Virus record (IMG/VR): IMGVR_UViG_3300042514_001262
Location: 1 to 64,000 of that record
Length of the DNA stretch: 64,000 bases
Strand: one strand, 5' to 3'
From: a virus
In this document: piece by piece, positions 18,185 to 28,867 of the stretch
How positions within the stretch are numbered: the stretch's first letter is position 1
Layout: the number at the start of each line of letters is the position of its first letter
Made by a program: the position numbers and the translations under genes
Notes under the pieces: model-generated
The model's input: the letters and a program-made list of their open reading frames with translations, nothing else
Told to the model about the DNA's origin: nothing
Database searches by the model: none

Positions 18185-18553
18185 CTAAACCCATTTTATT
18201 TTTTTTATGTCATTTAAAAAACCTATATCAATACCAAAATACGCTGCATGGTCTCTAACTTCGTTAAAGAGTAACTTTTTTATTAATTTGTTGATTTTGA
18301 TTTTTGATGCCATATTTCTATGAAATAGAGTGGAGTCGTGCCATTCAGCGCCATCAAAATGATTGTAAACCGCCCAGATTTTTCCGTTAAATTCAACATC
18401 AACCTCGTTTCTACATCTGTATTTTCTGTAATTGACGATTTTAAAAGAACCTCTCACTTTATAGGCGTAGTCAGGTATCTCAGCATTTGAAAACTTTTTT
18501 AATGCTTTCTTAGTTGATTTCGTCTCATCATTGGTGATAACATCTCTTGACAT
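18185..18553 (-). CDS. hypothetical protein (122 aa)
   Basis: Clean ORF directly after a consensus promoter. Confidence 0.75.
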   Translation of the reverse strand: MSRDVITNDETKSTKKALKKFSNAEIPDYAYKVRGSFKIVNYRKYRCRNEVDVEFNGKIWAVYNHFDGAEWHDSTLFHRNMASKIKINKLIKKLLFNEVRDHAAYFGIDIGFLNDIKKIKWV

Positions 18554-18557
18554 GCCA

Positions 18558-18589
18558 CAAAAATAATAAAGAAATTTGGAATTACCAAA
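18558..18589 (-). promoter_or_regulatory. Bacteroidota housekeeping promoter TTTG-N20-TATTTTTG, 4 nt before ATG
   Basis: caaa 18586-18589, caaaaata 18558-18565, ATG at 18553. Confidence 0.75.
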
Positions 18590-19184
18590 TTTCTTTCATC
18601 TTCATATAACCTAAAACACAAGCGTAACTGTCGGTCATATCATAACTCTCTTTCTTGAGGGTATTGTTTTTGGTGTAAGACCAAATAATTTGTGGTTCTC
18701 TCTTGGCAACTAATTCCCATATAACAGCCTTTTTGTCAATGTCTTTCGGCATACCTCCAAATAATACAAATTTTCCTTTATCATTTTTTTGAACTAAATG
18801 TGGGAAGGCAAATTTTCTTGAGTTATATGTTGAAACGAATTCAGGGACAACTCCAAGAACATCATAAACTTCTTTACATACCAAGGTATTAAATCTTATT
18901 AAAGTTCCAACGGTATAAACATTGTTTGAGTTTAATAAAGGTTCTTCAATTACTACATGAGTAATACCCATCCCAACATAATCTTCAAGTTTTTTTCTAA
19001 AGATATGCCCTTTAAGAATTAATTCTTCAATTTTATTCTCAACTTTTGGTTTAGGTACTGGTGATATATGAGTTAACTCTAAAAGTTCTTTCGTTTGAAT
19101 ATCAAATAATGCCCACCCAATTGTACGAGTTGACACATCTAACCCTAAAACCTTAGGTGATGTTTTGTTAATTGTTTTAACCAT
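18582..19184 (-). CDS. RuvC-like Holliday junction resolvase
   Basis: VLGLDVSTRTIGWA, VVIEE, K.K, DMTDSYA acidic tetrad. Confidence 0.82.
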   Translation of the reverse strand: MVKTINKTSPKVLGLDVSTRTIGWALFDIQTKELLELTHISPVPKPKVENKIEELILKGHIFRKKLEDYVGMGITHVVIEEPLLNSNNVYTVGTLIRFNTLVCKEVYDVLGVVPEFVSTYNSRKFAFPHLVQKNDKGKFVLFGGMPKDIDKKAVIWELVAKREPQIIWSYTKNNTLKKESYDMTDSYACVLGYMKMKEIW

Positions 19185-19238
19185 AGTTACCTATAAAATA
19201 AACCATACACCAATATTGTAAAGGTCATTATTGAAGAT

Positions 19239-21467
19239 TTAAAAATCAAGAGCAACCACATACTGTTGGATTCCTTGTCTTAATTCAGGTGATTGTAATT
19301 TAGATATTACAATAAGGTCTTTATTATTATCATATAAACCAATTTCTGTAACATATGAAGTTGTTCCTGAAGTCCATGTTGGATTTGATGTATTGGTGAA
19401 TTGATTACGCCCAAGATTTATAAGATATCTCATCTCATAAATTGTTGCAGTAATGTCAGTTTCAAAATTACCGTAGAACGCATACTCATCACCAAAATTC
19501 AATATTTCAGGATATCCATTTTGAGGTATATCTATGTAATTCGCAAGATTATAAGTCACACCACTATTATAATAAAGGTCGCTTGTAATTTGGAATGTTG
19601 TTCCCGTAATACCACTAACGGTTAAGTAACCATTAACTGTTGAACCTGTGATTTCATCTGTAACATCAATTTCAACCCATTTAGTAGGATTTGGTTGGGT
19701 GTCTCCTGTAACAATTTGACAAATTAATTTTATTGAATTTGCCGAGAATCCCGTTAAAGTTCCATCCGCAAAACTTCCATCAGATAAGAATGGGAATTCA
19801 TTTCCAAATCTAACTGCAACATTTTGAGAATCGGTAGTACATCCTGTACCAGGTCCTATAATAACAGAATAATAATTACAATGTAAAGAATTTGTAAATC
19901 CTGTTGAATCTAATCTATATGTAATCCACATTCTTTCGGTATCATTTGATAAAATACCTGTGGCATTTTGGCCGTTTGTAAAACAAGTATTTGGTGTCAA
20001 TAACGACAATTTGGGTGCTGGTATTGTCCAATTTCTGTTTGCCTTATAAGACATTGCTGCAATCACCTCTTCATCATCAATTACGATAATTTCAGAGTCA
20101 GGGAAAACTTTACCGATTCTATTTAAGTTACCATTACTATCAGGATTTGTATCCCACAAATGATAATACCTAATACCAGGGTCATTCATATCAACATTCT
20201 TAGTTGATTTGATATAATATGGTTTACATAAATTATCATAATTTGGAGGGTCTATGTAGAATGTTTCACCTATTGTTCCACCTGTTGACTTATGCCACAT
20301 CAATGTTGGGAAAGTAACTTTAAGGTGTCTCGCCAAACCTGTATCGTTTGTTGGATTTTGTGGGTCAAATGGAGTTGTTGCAAATTTTTCACCATATACA
20401 TGGTCAATATCTTGATTGGTATAATGTATAATACCTATAGCTTTTTGTTCTTTTGGTGTTACTATAATTCTTTCATCAAAAGAATTGTAGTAAAATACAA
20501 TACTATTGTCTGTCTGACCACTTGGTTCTTGATAACCTAAATATTCTTTGGTTCCAATATAAGATATTGAACCATATTGTGTATAATCTTCATATGAACT
20601 ACTGAAAACACCTGCAGGACTTACAGACCAAGGAATATTCATGTTCCAAACCAAAGTATTTTCACGATTTATCACATCACAAGGTGATTCAAAATTAAGT
20701 GTATCAGTTTGCCAATAAGGTGCTGGTGTTATTGAATCATATAATTGAGTCATACCTGAAGGATAAACTAATACTCTTGCAGTACTACCATTAGGGGCAA
20801 CCGTACTATAATCAGGAACTGTTCTATCTAAAGTTAAAGTATAACCTGTCGTACCTGATGTTCCTGACATAGGACTCATTTCTTGGATTCTATAAGTTAA
20901 AATAGGATAAGTCCCAAAATTACCACAACCACCGTTGGGGTCATAAAATATTGTTACATAATCATTAACAGCTGGTGTTCCAGTTGTCGGTGAACATATT
21001 GGACTATACAAGGTAATATCAATTGTATTTTGACCTGACAATGTTGTCATGTCAAGAACATAATTTGAAGTAATCGTGTAAGCAGAACTTGTCTGTGTCG
21101 ACCAACTACCTTGTGTTCCTCCTGTTGTAAAAAACCCTTTAACTCCTGCACTGTTATAAACAGATTGGAATTGGCTATCTAAAAATGGAATCCCATATGT
21201 ATTCCCTTGACCACCTTGCACATAATATGGGTATTTAACATTTTGCTTATTTGAACGAGGCGTTCCCGTGTCATTTTGAGCGTTAAATGCCGGCATCAAA
21301 ATATTATTATTTGTGATGTTGTAGTTTGTTGCAGCACCATAACTCACCTCACTATCTCCAATTTGGAAGTAAGAAATGTTGAAGTTACCTTGCGATATAT
21401 TTCTTCTTCCAACATCAGTAAGTCTAGTGTTAATTAGACCCGATGTATTTTTTATAATGTACGCCAT
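19239..21467 (-). CDS. virion structural protein (baseplate/tail-fibre attachment-like)
   Basis: N-terminal LTDVGRR..YFQIGDSEV; C-terminal VTEIGLYDNNKDLIVISKLQSP resembling tail-collar/fibre-attachment domains; T/G/S-rich. Confidence 0.65.
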   Translation of the reverse strand: MAYIIKNTSGLINTRLTDVGRRNISQGNFNISYFQIGDSEVSYGAATNYNITNNNILMPAFNAQNDTGTPRSNKQNVKYPYYVQGGQGNTYGIPFLDSQFQSVYNSAGVKGFFTTGGTQGSWSTQTSSAYTITSNYVLDMTTLSGQNTIDITLYSPICSPTTGTPAVNDYVTIFYDPNGGCGNFGTYPILTYRIQEMSPMSGTSGTTGYTLTLDRTVPDYSTVAPNGSTARVLVYPSGMTQLYDSITPAPYWQTDTLNFESPCDVINRENTLVWNMNIPWSVSPAGVFSSSYEDYTQYGSISYIGTKEYLGYQEPSGQTDNSIVFYYNSFDERIIVTPKEQKAIGIIHYTNQDIDHVYGEKFATTPFDPQNPTNDTGLARHLKVTFPTLMWHKSTGGTIGETFYIDPPNYDNLCKPYYIKSTKNVDMNDPGIRYYHLWDTNPDSNGNLNRIGKVFPDSEIIVIDDEEVIAAMSYKANRNWTIPAPKLSLLTPNTCFTNGQNATGILSNDTERMWITYRLDSTGFTNSLHCNYYSVIIGPGTGCTTDSQNVAVRFGNEFPFLSDGSFADGTLTGFSANSIKLICQIVTGDTQPNPTKWVEIDVTDEITGSTVNGYLTVSGITGTTFQITSDLYYNSGVTYNLANYIDIPQNGYPEILNFGDEYAFYGNFETDITATIYEMRYLINLGRNQFTNTSNPTWTSGTTSYVTEIGLYDNNKDLIVISKLQSPELRQGIQQYVVALDF

Positions 21468-21471
21468 TTGT

Positions 21472-21479
21472 TATAAATA
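21472..21479 (-). promoter_or_regulatory. TATTTATA motif, 4 nt before ATG
   Basis: TATTTATA-ACAA-ATG. Confidence 0.6.
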
Positions 21480-21503
21480 TTCTTATTCTTTTTTATTTTG
21501 TTA

Positions 21504-24185
21504 TTAAGGGTCAACACACGGTAATCCCCAAGTTAATTGTGTATAATATTCGTTTGGACTAAATTTTAAAATAATTTGGTCAACCAAACCACTAAATTGA
21601 ATAATACCATAACCTTCGTAACCGGATAAAGTTTGACTTGGGAGGTTGTATGTGATTTGATAACTAGGGTCACTAACCCCACTACAATAAATTGAGAATG
21701 ATGTGTTAGCCGACATTGTTACTGTAATTGCACTAAATCCATCATTACCTCCCAATGAATATATTGCTAATAACGGATTAAGTACAGGTTGCGAGAAAGT
21801 ATATGTGTACGTACTTGCACCACTAATACTTTGAGCGGTAGTATCTGGATTTTTATCAGAACACAATAATCTATTATATTCATACATCGGCTCTATTGAC
21901 ATAAGGCTTGATGAAGTTGAATTTAATGAAATGGTTCCTCCTCCATCTAAATCAAAATTACCACCAATCTCTAGATATTGGTCTCCAGTCTCTCCCGTCC
22001 AAGTTATCCATTTTGTACCACTGCAAGGTATATCACCTTGTGTTATAGTATGATTAGTTATTCCTTGAGATTGTGGGTTATTTGTCACACTATCACATGC
22101 TCCTCCTGTTATTGTAGGTGAAACTGTATTAATTAATATACTTTGTTCAAGTTTAGTAACACATGAATTAGGGGCAACCAGACCATTAGTTATAACCAAG
22201 TCCGACAACGAATTTCCTGATACAACATCATTATATCCCATAGTCACTGAATATAATGTTGTTGTTGTAGTTGTTCCTAATATCTCAGGTGAACAAAACG
22301 GTCTAGTCGTAGTGACTAAAGGTGTTGATGATTGTCCAACTACACTTAAAGTTGAATTGTTTTTCTTAACAATTGTAGTATCATTTATTGTACCAGTTCC
22401 CGGTGAATAATAATTTTTAATAGTATTAACATCTAATAAGAATGATATTGAAGTTCCAATCGGTAATGGTGGTGTTATATTAACATACCAGTTTGCCATT
22501 TCCGAGCCAGGCCCTAAATTAACAACATTATCTACAACCACCCCAATAGTATAATTCGCATTTTGACCTAAAGAAGTTATTGTTACAGTATTACTCAATG
22601 TGTTATTTACAGAATCTTTTGTTATTACAGTATAAGTTGATGAACCTAATCCTTGGAATACATTACTTGATTGGAATGTGATTCCACCATTTATTGAGTA
22701 TTGGTAAGGAGGTACTCCATAATTAGTCGTCAATGTTATTGAGCCATTATTAATTAATGGACAAGTTTGATTTTGTACTGTCGGTACAGACATTAGAGGC
22801 AAATATGGAGGACATGTGCCTGTTGTAACTTGAACTGTTGATTGTTGTCCAGGTCCTGCCATATACCACGCACTATCAGGAACATTTGATGTGTTTTGAC
22901 TAACAGGTATTGCAGGTGTGAATGTCCAACTTGGTATTTCCCACCTTGAGTTTTGTATTGACCACTGAATAACCAACTGTGTTTGACCATAAGTTCCTGA
23001 CCAAGCTGGTTTTCCGTTATAGTATCCGTCGTTCAAGTAGAATTGAATTGGCCCATAACTTGTAGTTGAACTTACATAAACTAAACACAAGTTAGGGTAC
23101 GACGGTGCTGGCGTATTTGTTGGAGTTGGTGTCATCGTAGTTGTTGGTGTTGGACTTATTGGGAATAAATCACAAACAATTGTTGTCGTATAATCACCAT
23201 AATAATCAACTACCGTAACCTCATAACTTCCTTGAGGGATTCCAACCAAAGTTTGACTTCTTTGTCCTCCCTCCCAATAGAATGAATATGGTGATGTTCC
23301 ACCCGTTACTTGGACTGCCAAAATACCATCACTTGAACTTGTGGATGTTGGAATCGCTAATGGATAACACTGAACTCCCATGTCAAATAATGTGAATGTT
23401 TCACAATCATTTTTTAATGTAACATAAGGACTATTACTCGGAGTAACCTTTGGAGTTGTGGTTGGTGTTGGAGTTGTGGTTGGTGTTGGAGTAATTGTTG
23501 GGGTTGGAGTTAGTGTTGGTGTGGTTGTTGGCGTTGGAGTTGGGGTTGGTGAAGCACATGTTGTAGTTGCAGGAACATTCAACTTTGTTACACCATTAAA
23601 TGGCTTTGTATAATCCATCAAAACTAATAAACCAACGGTTGTTCCTTGAATAAGGTTACCACAACAATCATAATAAATGTAATTACCCGTAGTAGTACCA
23701 CTACCACAGATAATTGGAGTTGTTGATGGGGTTGGAGTATTAGTTGATGTTATAGTTGGGGTTACAGTTTTTGTTGGAGTTGTTGTTGGTGTTTGAGTTT
23801 GTGTCGGTGTTATTGTTGGTGTTTGAGTTTGTGTCGGTGTTGTTGTAGGAGTAGTTGTTGATGTTTGAGTTGGAGATGGTGATGGTTCAACATAACAATC
23901 GTCAACTGTAGTACATAAACCGCCCACAACAAAACTTGAATTTGGTGGTAGGTTTGGTTGTATAGTACCACTAATACCATATTGATATTTTATATCAACA
24001 GGACTTTCAACACACAAATAAACTGTTGGTCCTGATGGTGTCATTGTATAAGTGTATGAACTCCAAATTTGATAAATCGGAATACCTTCAGCACCACAAG
24101 GTACGGTTACTAACCATAGGTCTTGCCCACCTTGGGTTAGGTCTAAATTTGATAAATTAACTTCAATACAATTACAACTTGACAT
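21504..24185 (-). CDS. Pro-Thr-linker, Cys-rich, SprB-repeat-containing putative appendage/adhesin protein
   Basis: Three (PT)n tracts; SprB-like units (DGILAVQVTGGTSPY..GSYEVTVVD; NGSITL..GVPPYQYSINGG..GLGSSTYTVITKD); ATG at 24185. Confidence 0.7.
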   Translation of the reverse strand: MSSCNCIEVNLSNLDLTQGGQDLWLVTVPCGAEGIPIYQIWSSYTYTMTPSGPTVYLCVESPVDIKYQYGISGTIQPNLPPNSSFVVGGLCTTVDDCYVEPSPSPTQTSTTTPTTTPTQTQTPTITPTQTQTPTTTPTKTVTPTITSTNTPTPSTTPIICGSGTTTGNYIYYDCCGNLIQGTTVGLLVLMDYTKPFNGVTKLNVPATTTCASPTPTPTPTTTPTLTPTPTITPTPTTTPTPTTTPKVTPSNSPYVTLKNDCETFTLFDMGVQCYPLAIPTSTSSSDGILAVQVTGGTSPYSFYWEGGQRSQTLVGIPQGSYEVTVVDYYGDYTTTIVCDLFPISPTPTTTMTPTPTNTPAPSYPNLCLVYVSSTTSYGPIQFYLNDGYYNGKPAWSGTYGQTQLVIQWSIQNSRWEIPSWTFTPAIPVSQNTSNVPDSAWYMAGPGQQSTVQVTTGTCPPYLPLMSVPTVQNQTCPLINNGSITLTTNYGVPPYQYSINGGITFQSSNVFQGLGSSTYTVITKDSVNNTLSNTVTITSLGQNANYTIGVVVDNVVNLGPGSEMANWYVNITPPLPIGTSISFLLDVNTIKNYYSPGTGTINDTTIVKKNNSTLSVVGQSSTPLVTTTRPFCSPEILGTTTTTTLYSVTMGYNDVVSGNSLSDLVITNGLVAPNSCVTKLEQSILINTVSPTITGGACDSVTNNPQSQGITNHTITQGDIPCSGTKWITWTGETGDQYLEIGGNFDLDGGGTISLNSTSSSLMSIEPMYEYNRLLCSDKNPDTTAQSISGASTYTYTFSQPVLNPLLAIYSLGGNDGFSAITVTMSANTSFSIYCSGVSDPSYQITYNLPSQTLSGYEGYGIIQFSGLVDQIILKFSPNEYYTQLTWGLPCVDP

Positions 24186-24243
24186 CAATTTTGTTTCTTA
24201 CTTTATAAGTATAATATTTAGTATTTTTATGTGTATATTTTAG

Positions 24244-24891
24244 TTAAGGACACAGAGTATAATTTATTATGGAACCACCGTTATCGACTTGTACTATGTA
24301 AAAACTACTACCAAATCCCATCTTAATATATTTGTTTACACCGTTGAATGGGTTATATAAAACTCCGCCCGCCAATGTTTGATAAACCGTTGCTCCAATA
24401 ACAGGTGTCAGGTTTGCTTGGCTGATATAAGTATAATAATTTACAATTGTCATTGTATCATTACAAGTATTTCCTGAAGAAACAGATAAATTATTACCAA
24501 TAGCATGATAAGCAACAACAGGTGTTGGAGTTGGTGTTGGTGTTTTTGTTGGTGTTATAGTTGGTGTTACAGTTTTTGTAGGAGTTACTGTTGGTGTTGC
24601 AGTTTTTGTTGGTGTTATTGTTGGTGTTATTGTTGGTGTGATAGTTGGTGTTGGTGTGACCGAAGTTGTAGGTGTCGGTGTTATTAAAATAACATGACCT
24701 ATTTCACAATTTTGTGTATCAACAATTTTAACAATAAAATCACTATAGTCATACGGGTCAGGCACATTAAAAGTATATGGGAATGTTGAAGCACTTGTAA
24801 CATAAACACAACTCGCACTCATAGAATCACAATAGTAGATGTCTACGGGTGTGTTAGCTGTTACAGATGATATAGTTACTTGTTCGCTCAT
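24244..24891 (-). CDS. small beta-domain plus PT-linker protein
   Basis: N-terminal domain ending KIVDTQNC, a TPT tract, then a C-terminal domain. Confidence 0.75.
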   Translation of the reverse strand: MSEQVTISSVTANTPVDIYYCDSMSASCVYVTSASTFPYTFNVPDPYDYSDFIVKIVDTQNCEIGHVILITPTPTTSVTPTPTITPTITPTITPTKTATPTVTPTKTVTPTITPTKTPTPTPTPVVAYHAIGNNLSVSSGNTCNDTMTIVNYYTYISQANLTPVIGATVYQTLAGGVLYNPFNGVNKYIKMGFGSSFYIVQVDNGGSIINYTLCP

Positions 24892-24901
24892 GTTTTATCT
24901 A

Positions 24902-25408
24902 TTATAATGGACTTGCCGTTGGAGTTATTGTTGGAGTCACAGTATTTGTTGGAGTAACCGTTGGAGTTATCGTTGGAGTTACTGTATTAGTAGGTGTAAC
25001 TGTGGTTGTTGGAGTTACTGTATTAGTAGGGGTGATTGTTGGTGTTGCAGTCCTTGTTGGAGTAACCGTTGGGGTCGCAGTCCTTGTTGGAGTAACCGTT
25101 GGGGTCGCAGTCCTTGTTGGAGTAACCGTTGGTGTTATTGTTGGAGTTACAGTTATTGTTGGTGTAACCGTTGGTGTTACATTTGGACACGGTTCAACAG
25201 AACCTATACCAGTTATTATACACCCATTGTCATCAATTATTTTTAACATATAAGCATCAGATGTATTATAAGGTGCCGGTATATCAAAAACATACGGTGC
25301 GGAAGATATGGTTGTCATATAAAAACAACCTGTGCCACCTGTTTGACATATATAAATGTCATATGGTAATTGTCCTGTAATTGTATATATTGAAACTTGT
25401 ATTGCCAT
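24902..25408 (-). CDS. small beta-domain plus long PT tail protein (paralog of 24244..24891)
   Basis: N-terminal domain ending KIIDDNGC; about 90-aa TPT tail with a 30-bp tandem repeat at ~25047-25132. Confidence 0.75.
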   Translation of the reverse strand: MAIQVSIYTITGQLPYDIYICQTGGTGCFYMTTISSAPYVFDIPAPYNTSDAYMLKIIDDNGCIITGIGSVEPCPNVTPTVTPTITVTPTITPTVTPTRTATPTVTPTRTATPTVTPTRTATPTITPTNTVTPTTTVTPTNTVTPTITPTVTPTNTVTPTITPTASPL

Positions 25409-25411
25409 TTT

Positions 25412-27670
25412 TTAAGGACATCCGTTTAAAGTTAATGTGTAATCTACACCAACCACAGGTGGTGGGTTAAAATTATCTGCCCATGTTGCCCCCGGTAAAC
25501 TACCTAAAGGAACTGTTGATTGTAAACATCTTTGACCACCAGGAACAATTGGAGTATTAACAACTTGATATCCAGGACATGGTGTTGATAAGTTTGGTCT
25601 TATTGCCAACGAATGTCCAGTTGCTGTTGTAATATTTTCAAATAAATATTCATAACAAATTGGTGTGGATATACAAGTTTGACAATCATCATACTCTGTT
25701 TGGAATGCTGACGCAAAATAATCACCTGTATAAGTTAACGGTGTATATCCAATTGTTGCAATATAATTAGAACCAAATTGACCAAGATATGACCAACAAT
25801 TTCCACTTGAATCTTTAAATGTATTTCCAACAACACTTGTTATTGGTGATTGTACAGTTTGAATTACCTGTGTTGGAATTACAGGTTGTCCTCCACCACA
25901 TGTCTGATATACATAAACATAAGTTGGTGTTTGAGTTGGCGTTTTAGTTGGTGTTGGTGTTTGAGTTGGAGTTTTAGTTGGTGTCACACTAGGACTCGCC
26001 CCTGGCGTTGAAGTAGTTGTTGGTGTTGGTGTGTTCGTTGGGGTAATTGTTGGTGTAGTTGTTGGAGTAGGGGTAGTTGTTGGCGTAGGGTCAGGTAAAC
26101 AATTACCACATATTGAATATAACTGTGTAATACTTGTTAAGTTTGAATTTGATGATATGTTAGAATCGTCTCTATCATAAGTAACACATAAATTATTTCC
26201 GTTGATAACCGCGGACATTGTAATACCTGTAACAATTGGTATTCCATTAAATATCAAATTATCAGTAACATAGTATTCAACACCACTTACACAATCAACA
26301 AGGACTTTAACTGACACACAACTAAATGTTTCATCCAACATCACAAACGAAACTTGACCTGCAACTTCACAAGTTTTTGTTAATGTAACTGTCGGAGTAT
26401 TTGTTGGTGTCGGGGTTGTATTATTATAACTACAAATATTAAAGGTCATTCCAACATTACATGGTTGAGTTGGTGTTGGGGTTGGCGGTAAGAAAGATGA
26501 TGTAATTACAAAATCAACCTCATCACAAGGTATAGTCGGTGTAGGTGTTGGGACAGGTTCCCAATCACAATCAAAATAAGCCGTAAAGTCAAAGATATCA
26601 CAATTGATTGGTGAAGGTGTTGGAGTAGGACATGGTCCACTATTAAATAAATTCGCAGAAATATCAGGACAATTTGAATAACAAGGGTATGCGCCTTCAA
26701 GATAACAAGAACCACTTAAACTATTACTCAAACACCATCTATCACCTGTATAATATATTACACCATAATTGATACCGTCTCCCGAATAATAGAATTTAGC
26801 ATTATAAGTTCCAGCCTGTACATAGTTCCCACTATATCCTGAAAGTGATGGCAATGTCGTTCTTAGACAATATGTTGAACTACAAGGAGCAGGACTTGAA
26901 GTTATTGTTGGTGTAGGGGTTGGTGTTTTAGTTGGTGTAGGAGTTAGATTAATTGTTGGTGTTACTGTTGGTGTTGCAGTTTTTGTTGGTGTTATTGTTG
27001 GCGTTGCAGTTTTTGTTGGTGTTGGTGTAACTGTTGGAGTATTTGTTGGTGTTGGAGACGGGCATGTAATACAAGTCGCACAATCAACTTGAGGTCCTGT
27101 AAAGACACCTCCATTATAAATTGTTCCTGTTGAAGTATTAGCAACGACAGTCGCGCATCCTGTAAATCCACTATTAACAATATCCCAAACTTGTCCAACA
27201 GTTAAAGTACCGGGAACATTTTGAATTCTAAAAATGTTTGTTGGGTCACAACAATCTTGGAATTGATAGATGTCGTATGGTTCAGTTGGTGTGGGAGTTT
27301 GTGTCGGAGTATTTGTTGGTGTTTTTGTAACTGTAGGTGTTGGAGTGTTTGTTGGTGTTTCTGTAATAGTTGGTGTCGGAGTATTTGTTGGTGTTTCTGT
27401 AATAGTTGGTGTTGGGGTGTTTGTTGGTGTCGGAGTGTTTGTTGGCGTTTGACTTGGAGCTGGTTCCGCATTACATGTGGCACAATCAACATATGGTCCA
27501 TAATAATTGGTATTTGATATTGTTCCTGATATTCCTGTAGATTCCCAACATGATGATGATGAATAATCAAATAAAACAACACCTACAGTATAAATTGCAG
27601 TATCAACTAAAAAATCTTTAGTCGTCAAAGGAGTAGAACAGTTACTGAATCTTATTATTGCGAGTCCCAT
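25412..27670 (-). CDS. Cys-rich modules separated by PT linkers; putative virion appendage protein
   Basis: Repeated modules ending DCxTC (DCATC twice, DCQTC) plus ICGNC, with several TPT tracts. Confidence 0.75.
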   Translation of the reverse strand: MGLAIIRFSNCSTPLTTKDFLVDTAIYTVGVVLFDYSSSSCWESTGISGTISNTNYYGPYVDCATCNAEPAPSQTPTNTPTPTNTPTPTITETPTNTPTPTITETPTNTPTPTVTKTPTNTPTQTPTPTEPYDIYQFQDCCDPTNIFRIQNVPGTLTVGQVWDIVNSGFTGCATVVANTSTGTIYNGGVFTGPQVDCATCITCPSPTPTNTPTVTPTPTKTATPTITPTKTATPTVTPTINLTPTPTKTPTPTPTITSSPAPCSSTYCLRTTLPSLSGYSGNYVQAGTYNAKFYYSGDGINYGVIYYTGDRWCLSNSLSGSCYLEGAYPCYSNCPDISANLFNSGPCPTPTPSPINCDIFDFTAYFDCDWEPVPTPTPTIPCDEVDFVITSSFLPPTPTPTQPCNVGMTFNICSYNNTTPTPTNTPTVTLTKTCEVAGQVSFVMLDETFSCVSVKVLVDCVSGVEYYVTDNLIFNGIPIVTGITMSAVINGNNLCVTYDRDDSNISSNSNLTSITQLYSICGNCLPDPTPTTTPTPTTTPTITPTNTPTPTTTSTPGASPSVTPTKTPTQTPTPTKTPTQTPTYVYVYQTCGGGQPVIPTQVIQTVQSPITSVVGNTFKDSSGNCWSYLGQFGSNYIATIGYTPLTYTGDYFASAFQTEYDDCQTCISTPICYEYLFENITTATGHSLAIRPNLSTPCPGYQVVNTPIVPGGQRCLQSTVPLGSLPGATWADNFNPPPVVGVDYTLTLNGCP

Positions 27671-27836
27671 TAATATATTAATATACTAATAAATACCGAA
27701 AATTGAATTTTAAAAAAAAAAATAGATAAAATAAAATTTCATAGATACTATCCGTTTACAATGTATTCCATGTTATGGACATTTAATAGTAAATGATGTG
27801 ATAAATAAACACACCACTTAATTGTATTTATTGTAT

Positions 27837-28019
27837 ATGAAACTTATTAAAACAATTGAAAACATAATTAAAGAAGCTGAAGAACAATACAATTCTGCAT
27901 GCGAGAGTTGTGTTACGGTTGAAGAATTGGACCGTCTTGAAAAACATTATAAAGATTCATTAAAATTGATGAAGCTTTGTAAATCAAAAGAGGAAAAAAA
28001 TAAAGATAAAAAATCTTAG
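27837..28019 (+). CDS. small helical protein (60 aa)
   Basis: ATG at 27837 is 4 nt after TATTTATT (27825-27832); contains LIKTIENIIKE. Confidence 0.6.
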   Translation: MKLIKTIENIIKEAEEQYNSACESCVTVEELDRLEKHYKDSLKLMKLCKSKEEKNKDKKS

Positions 28020-28867
28020 TTTTTCTTCATAATCGCTTCGCATATTCCTTTTTCGGAATAAGTAACATATCCTTTAACTTGTAACCAAGAATAAATTTCA
28101 TCTTTATTTTCTTGAGTCAGATTATAATCCTCAAAGATTATGAAATTTGGTAATGAAACTTTTTTCTCATCAATACCCATGATTAGTTGAGCGTCTAATC
28201 CTTCAACATCAAGGTGTAACCAATCAATATACCCACCACATTCATTCAAAATTAAATCGGTAATACTAATTGAATTTCTTTTAGTGGATTTGATTTCTTC
28301 TTTTTCCCAATGTCTAATGACATTTTCAACCACAGTATTTGTATATCCTTGACCACCTTCATAGAATTCAACTTCACCACCATTTGGGGTCACCAATGCT
28401 TGAATTTTCTTAACCCTTGAGTTTTTAGAATAATTGTATTTTAAGTTCTGGAATTGTTTGTCTGATGCCTCAACCAAAATTACTTCACAATCTCTGTTTT
28501 TTACAATAGGTACCCATTCACCAAATTCACCATCGTGTGTTCCAATAACTAATCCACGAGGGAATTTTCCTTTGGAAAGTAAATTTTTGTTGTACATCCA
28601 TAGGGATTTATAAAAATGGTTTCCATGCTCCATAACATCCCACACTTTTTTATAAATCAACTTATCTTTTGAATCAGTTACTTCTACATCAAACATTTCT
28701 GTATTCGGATATGTTGCAAACCAGCTATCATTTAATTGTGTTGACCACTGAATATCTCCACTAACATGTTTTTTTATTTTCAGGTTGAGTGGTAGATTTT
28801 GATTGTAATTACTTACAATGCCAACATCCACTCTAATACCTTCTGAACTGTATTTTACACTTATCAT
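28016..28867 (-). CDS. FkbM-like methyltransferase with an extra N-terminal domain
   Basis: LVIGTHDG, ILVEA, IDWLHLDVEGLD, IIFE. Confidence 0.75.
   Translation of the reverse strand: MISVKYSSEGIRVDVGIVSNYNQNLPLNLKIKKHVSGDIQWSTQLNDSWFATYPNTEMFDVEVTDSKDKLIYKKVWDVMEHGNHFYKSLWMYNKNLLSKGKFPRGLVIGTHDGEFGEWVPIVKNRDCEVILVEASDKQFQNLKYNYSKNSRVKKIQALVTPNGGEVEFYEGGQGYTNTVVENVIRHWEKEEIKSTKRNSISITDLILNECGGYIDWLHLDVEGLDAQLIMGIDEKKVSLPNFIIFEDYNLTQENKDEIYSWLQVKGYVTYSEKGICEAIMKKN

Noticed and set aside
24505-27582. VG-rich, CW-rich and HQ-rich ORFs overlapping the PT tracts (also 40117..40422)
   Set aside because: Frame and strand shadows of ACA/CCA-type repeats.
27671-27821. Possible ncRNA or pseudogene in the 150-nt gap (also 33211-33408)
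   Set aside because: No tRNA cloverleaf, convincing ORF or strong structure beyond the motifs and terminator already listed.
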